From a virus, in the IMG/VR virus record IMGVR_UViG_3300023174_000130, positions 1-64,000 of that record: 64,000 bases of DNA, one strand, 5' to 3'. Position 1 is the first letter of the stretch; each line of letters starts with the position of its first letter. Of this stretch, positions 60,614 through 64,000 are shown piece after piece. The translations under genes were made by a program, and so were the position numbers. The notes beneath the pieces were generated by a model, which saw only the letters and a program-made list of their open reading frames with translations, had not been told where the DNA came from and did not search any database.

Positions 60614-61597
60614 ATGCCATTTCCATCACCTTATTATGGATCAGATTACGTAGTAATTAATAGCGGAGGCACCTTTGCCGTAGGTGCAGACCCTGTTACC
60701 AATATTTCTGGTGGCTATTCATACTATGTACAGTACTATAAATTGGGATTCGGTGCTACTGGTGCGTTTACTCCAGTTACTTCCAGCAATCCTTTCCCTG
60801 TAACCGTTGCAACTGGCCTAACAGCAACAATTTCTGGCTTTTCTGGCCCAATATCAATTGTAGGAACTGTAGGTGGACAGGCTGTTACAGTAGGGGGAAG
60901 CGTAGTTGTATCAGGTCTAACAGCATCTCCTGTATATGTACAAACTGCACCTAGCTGCAGAGTAGAAGTTACTGGTGGAAGATATTTAAGTAGACTTAAT
61001 GACAGTGTTTCTGTTTTTGGACCAAGTGGAAGTACTTGGCTATATGCAAATCTAGTAGATAGTACGGGAACTCCAATTGGAAGTTCTGGTAACCCAATGT
61101 ACACCAACATAATTGGTGCAACTATTAGCGTTACGATTAACCCCACCGTTGGTGTGACCAATCAATCTGGAACTGCCCTTAGAGTACAAGGGTTTACTGG
61201 TGGCACACCACTTTCAACAACTGTAGGCAATACTGTTGGAATTAATGACACCGCAATTCTTGCATCTATGGCAGGAATAAGCAATCAACTTGGAACTTTA
61301 AATACAAATCTTGGAACTCTTGGAATTAGCAGACCAACCACGTTTATCAGTGGTAGATTAACCGCTACAACTGGTGTAACTGGATTATATCCTGCTGGAT
61401 ATACGACAATTTCTGGTATTAATATTAAAGCATCGTCATCCAATACCGATCTTGTTTATATAAACTCTGACGGTGTAGCTTCAATTGGATATGAATTGGA
61501 TCCAGGACAAAATATATTCTTAAATGTTCAAAATCTTAGAACCATTTATTTAAGAGCAAAAACTTCTTCGCAAGTAGTTTCTTACATGGCTAGCTAA
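60614..61597 (+). CDS. Gly/Thr/Ser-rich virion structural protein
   Basis: Late promoter TAAATA at 60577 and AAGGA SD; VQYYKLGFG..G..TPV.SSNPFPV motif; beta-rich C-terminus. Confidence 0.65.
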   Translation: MPFPSPYYGSDYVVINSGGTFAVGADPVTNISGGYSYYVQYYKLGFGATGAFTPVTSSNPFPVTVATGLTATISGFSGPISIVGTVGGQAVTVGGSVVVSGLTASPVYVQTAPSCRVEVTGGRYLSRLNDSVSVFGPSGSTWLYANLVDSTGTPIGSSGNPMYTNIIGATISVTINPTVGVTNQSGTALRVQGFTGGTPLSTTVGNTVGINDTAILASMAGISNQLGTLNTNLGTLGISRPTTFISGRLTATTGVTGLYPAGYTTISGINIKASSSNTDLVYINSDGVASIGYELDPGQNIFLNVQNLRTIYLRAKTSSQVVSYMAS

Positions 61598-61599
61598 AA

Positions 61600-62922
61600 A
61601 TGAGTAGTGCAGCTTTAACAGTAGTAAAATCAACACAATCATTTACATTAGAATTTATTGGTTCTACTGCTGATCCTTGCTTGACCAAGGGTTATTTGGA
61701 GTCATCGCCACAAGTTCAACTAGTTGGAAACAGTTTTTTCTTTAATTATTCGCAAAGTAAAAACGTCAATGATTTTAAGTTTTTAAAATTATTTTTTGAT
61801 AAACTTGGAGTCGGATCTACTTTTTCTTTTAGTTCTGGTAAATATACAAATATTACTACTGGATCCGTATTATCTTGGGATGGTCAATTTACACTACAAG
61901 GAAAAACTGGGGCGTATAACCAGTATCTATATTTTAGTGGATTATCTGGAACATCTGGGATTTCTGCTGGCATATATGATAGAAATCTTTTTACAACTCC
62001 AATTCAATTTACTGCTGTAACGGGTGGCACTGCTGCATTGCTAGTAAACAAATCACCGGATATGGATCCTTTGAATTTTACTTATCTGGGAATATACGGA
62101 AGTGATTATAGTTTTGAAGAATATTTGCAAGTTAACAACAGTACATTAAATCAAAAAAGAATACTTATTAAAAATGTATTGAAACTAAATGATGGGACAG
62201 AAGTAATTTATATTGATCCAACTGTCAGTATAACAAATGAAAACTTATATTTTCAACAGTCAATGGTTGACATTTATATGAGAGGAGTTTTGACTCCCGA
62301 TGACATCAACTATGATCAAACATTAAATGGAATTCTTAGAATTTCAAATACATATCCGGGTGTTTATACTCAACTACTTGAAAATCAAAATAAACAACAA
62401 TTTTTATTAAGACAACTTTTAAATCCAGTATATCCAGTAAATTATTATTGGTATCCAAATACTAAACTTGTTAATTTTAGTTCTGCTGACGTTGAAGCAT
62501 ATACGAATGCTAGCTATGTTTTTGCTTCAATATTTCAACTTGTCTATGATACCAATTATATTCCAGTATTTTCTACTTCTGCAATTTTAGATGTTCCCAC
62601 ATTAATTGGTCAAGAAGTTTATAATACAATATTGATTGATAGCAATGACACTTCTGTTTTAAACTTTAGTCCTGGGAATAATAACACCACTAAAAACTTT
62701 AAAATAGATTTATCAGATTCTAGAAATATAGATTTAGATATTTCTGCTTATAGCGACTATGCATGTTCAGTTCCATTGACTAGAAATTTTAGAATCAATG
62801 GAACACCCGGTAGAGAAGGAGCGGCCTTCATTTATTATTCAGACCGCCCCGATTCTCTACAGAGCATTTATTTAAAACTTGAACGAGAAACAACTTTAAT
62901 CTTGAGTGTGGTAATTTCTTAA
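61600..62922 (+). CDS. hypothetical protein, probably structural
   Basis: 440-aa beta-rich ORF co-transcribed with the preceding late gene. Confidence 0.55.
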   Translation: MSSAALTVVKSTQSFTLEFIGSTADPCLTKGYLESSPQVQLVGNSFFFNYSQSKNVNDFKFLKLFFDKLGVGSTFSFSSGKYTNITTGSVLSWDGQFTLQGKTGAYNQYLYFSGLSGTSGISAGIYDRNLFTTPIQFTAVTGGTAALLVNKSPDMDPLNFTYLGIYGSDYSFEEYLQVNNSTLNQKRILIKNVLKLNDGTEVIYIDPTVSITNENLYFQQSMVDIYMRGVLTPDDINYDQTLNGILRISNTYPGVYTQLLENQNKQQFLLRQLLNPVYPVNYYWYPNTKLVNFSSADVEAYTNASYVFASIFQLVYDTNYIPVFSTSAILDVPTLIGQEVYNTILIDSNDTSVLNFSPGNNNTTKNFKIDLSDSRNIDLDISAYSDYACSVPLTRNFRINGTPGREGAAFIYYSDRPDSLQSIYLKLERETTLILSVVIS

Positions 62923-63200
62923 ATTTCAACCCAAGTATAACTGTTTCCATCATAAAAATAAGAATAATACCTACCATTGGTATTCCATATTTGACCAACA
63001 ACTGGATTTAATGGTGGATTATCGGAAGTATATATTTCTGATACTCCTTTATAATTCCAAGCATCTACTTGTTGTATTGGAGACAAGTATGTTGATTTTG
63101 CTGCTTCATATAGTTTTCCTTGAAACAGTATTGAATCACCTTTACTATAAACAAAAGCGGTTCCGTTGGAACTCTTAGATTTATAGTTTCCTTTAAACAT
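62919..63200 (-). CDS. small protein with CBM5/12-like and fibre-tip motifs
   Basis: YSKGDSILFQGKLYEA...SP...W, then NPVVGQIWN...YYSY...WVEI. Confidence 0.55.
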   Translation of the reverse strand: MFKGNYKSKSSNGTAFVYSKGDSILFQGKLYEAAKSTYLSPIQQVDAWNYKGVSEIYTSDNPPLNPVVGQIWNTNGRYYSYFYDGNSYTWVEI

Positions 63201-63201
63201 T

Positions 63202-63504
63202 TTAGATTAATGTCTCGGATGATTCTTCGGTAGGAGCTTCTTGAACTTGAACATCGGGATTTACCCACTTTAGATAATATCCTGCCATGTCATCAGCCAC
63301 ATCTACAGCAAAAATAATAGCCGAATCAGGAATAACTGTTCCTTCGCTAATTTTTGTGTATGGCAACCAATTTGCCAATCCTATCTTATATTCCTTTAAA
63401 TGAACTAACATAGCTGGATCTTCCACATACCAGCCACCCTCTACTTTTTTTCCTTTAGAAATAACTTCTTCGCCAGACAACACTTTAAAATATACCAATT
63501 CCAT
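63202..63504 (-). CDS. Sm-like T4-phage hypothetical protein
   Basis: FKVLSGEEVIS...P...IGLANWLPY. Confidence 0.6.
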   Translation of the reverse strand: MELVYFKVLSGEEVISKGKKVEGGWYVEDPAMLVHLKEYKIGLANWLPYTKISEGTVIPDSAIIFAVDVADDMAGYYLKWVNPDVQVQEAPTEESSETLI

Positions 63505-63526
63505 AATGTACCTTTCTTTATATTAA

Positions 63527-64000
63527 TTATACGTGTTTTACACGCTTTGCAAACTGTTTAGCTGCACCACATCCACATCCACCTGGTTTTTTATTATCGG
63601 GAGATGTGTTTGGATTCATAGTCGGAGCTCCGCTGTATTGATTGTATGTTTCAAATCTTTGATTAATCATATTTAATTTAACATTTTCAATTATTTCTTC
63701 TTCTGCAGATTTGGTTTTTTCTTCATCTATTTTTTGATTTTTAAATTCTTTAATTTTAGAAAGATCTATTTCATTCCTATAACTCAATTTATCAAATTTA
63801 AAAAATATTACTGGAACTTTAAACCATTTATTAAATTTAATTCGTCTTGCTTCGCAGCCACAGTTTCCATTTGTTAATTTAATTATTAATTTTTTAATTC
63901 CAGTTTTTTTAGTAATAAAGTCTATTATATCACCAATATGTAAACTTACAAAATTTAATTTAATTTTAAATACTTTTTGAAATTGAAAATTTATATCTAT
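63527..64000 (-). CDS. Cys-motif hypothetical protein (5' end beyond the window)
   Basis: The frame of the 63527-63787 ORF stays open to 64000: ...HIGDIIDFITKKTGIKKLIIKLTNGNCGCEARRIKFNKWF...GGCGCG. Confidence 0.65.
   Translation of the reverse strand: MDINFQFQKVFKIKLNFVSLHIGDIIDFITKKTGIKKLIIKLTNGNCGCEARRIKFNKWFKVPVIFFKFDKLSYRNEIDLSKIKEFKNQKIDEEKTKSAEEEIIENVKLNMINQRFETYNQYSGAPTMNPNTSPDNKKPGGCGCGAAKQFAKRVKHV

Overview
This window is 64 kb of a large T4-like (Tevenvirinae/cyanomyophage-type) tailed phage genome, read in the standard genetic code with most genes on the minus strand. Left to right it holds: the 5' part of DNA polymerase gp43; a three-gene membrane/lysis cassette; dUTPase; four long collagen-like fibre genes preceded by a GT2-TPR glycosyltransferase; the regA-62-44-45-46-47-55 replication block; an AT-rich 12-gene glycan island (6 glycosyltransferases, 3 FkbM methyltransferases, 2 NDP-sugar epimerases, 1 NDP-sugar dehydrogenase); uvsY and uvsW; the head genes (gp23, 22, 21, 20); the tail, terminase, neck and baseplate genes; then gp32, gp33 and further structural ORFs. 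The most notable signal is a candidate virion-wide O-glycosylation system: G-x-T/S motifs occur in collagen-like fibres and also in variable loops of capsid, sheath, neck and baseplate proteins, and the phage carries its own glycosylation machinery. Other signals are a programmed -1 frameshift joining gp26 to a start-less gp51-like ORF, many apparently leaderless transcripts from both early (16-bp spacer) and late (TAAATA) promoters, and a seemingly reduced tail with a split baseplate hub. All family assignments come from motif recognition and T4-like gene order; no database searches were run.
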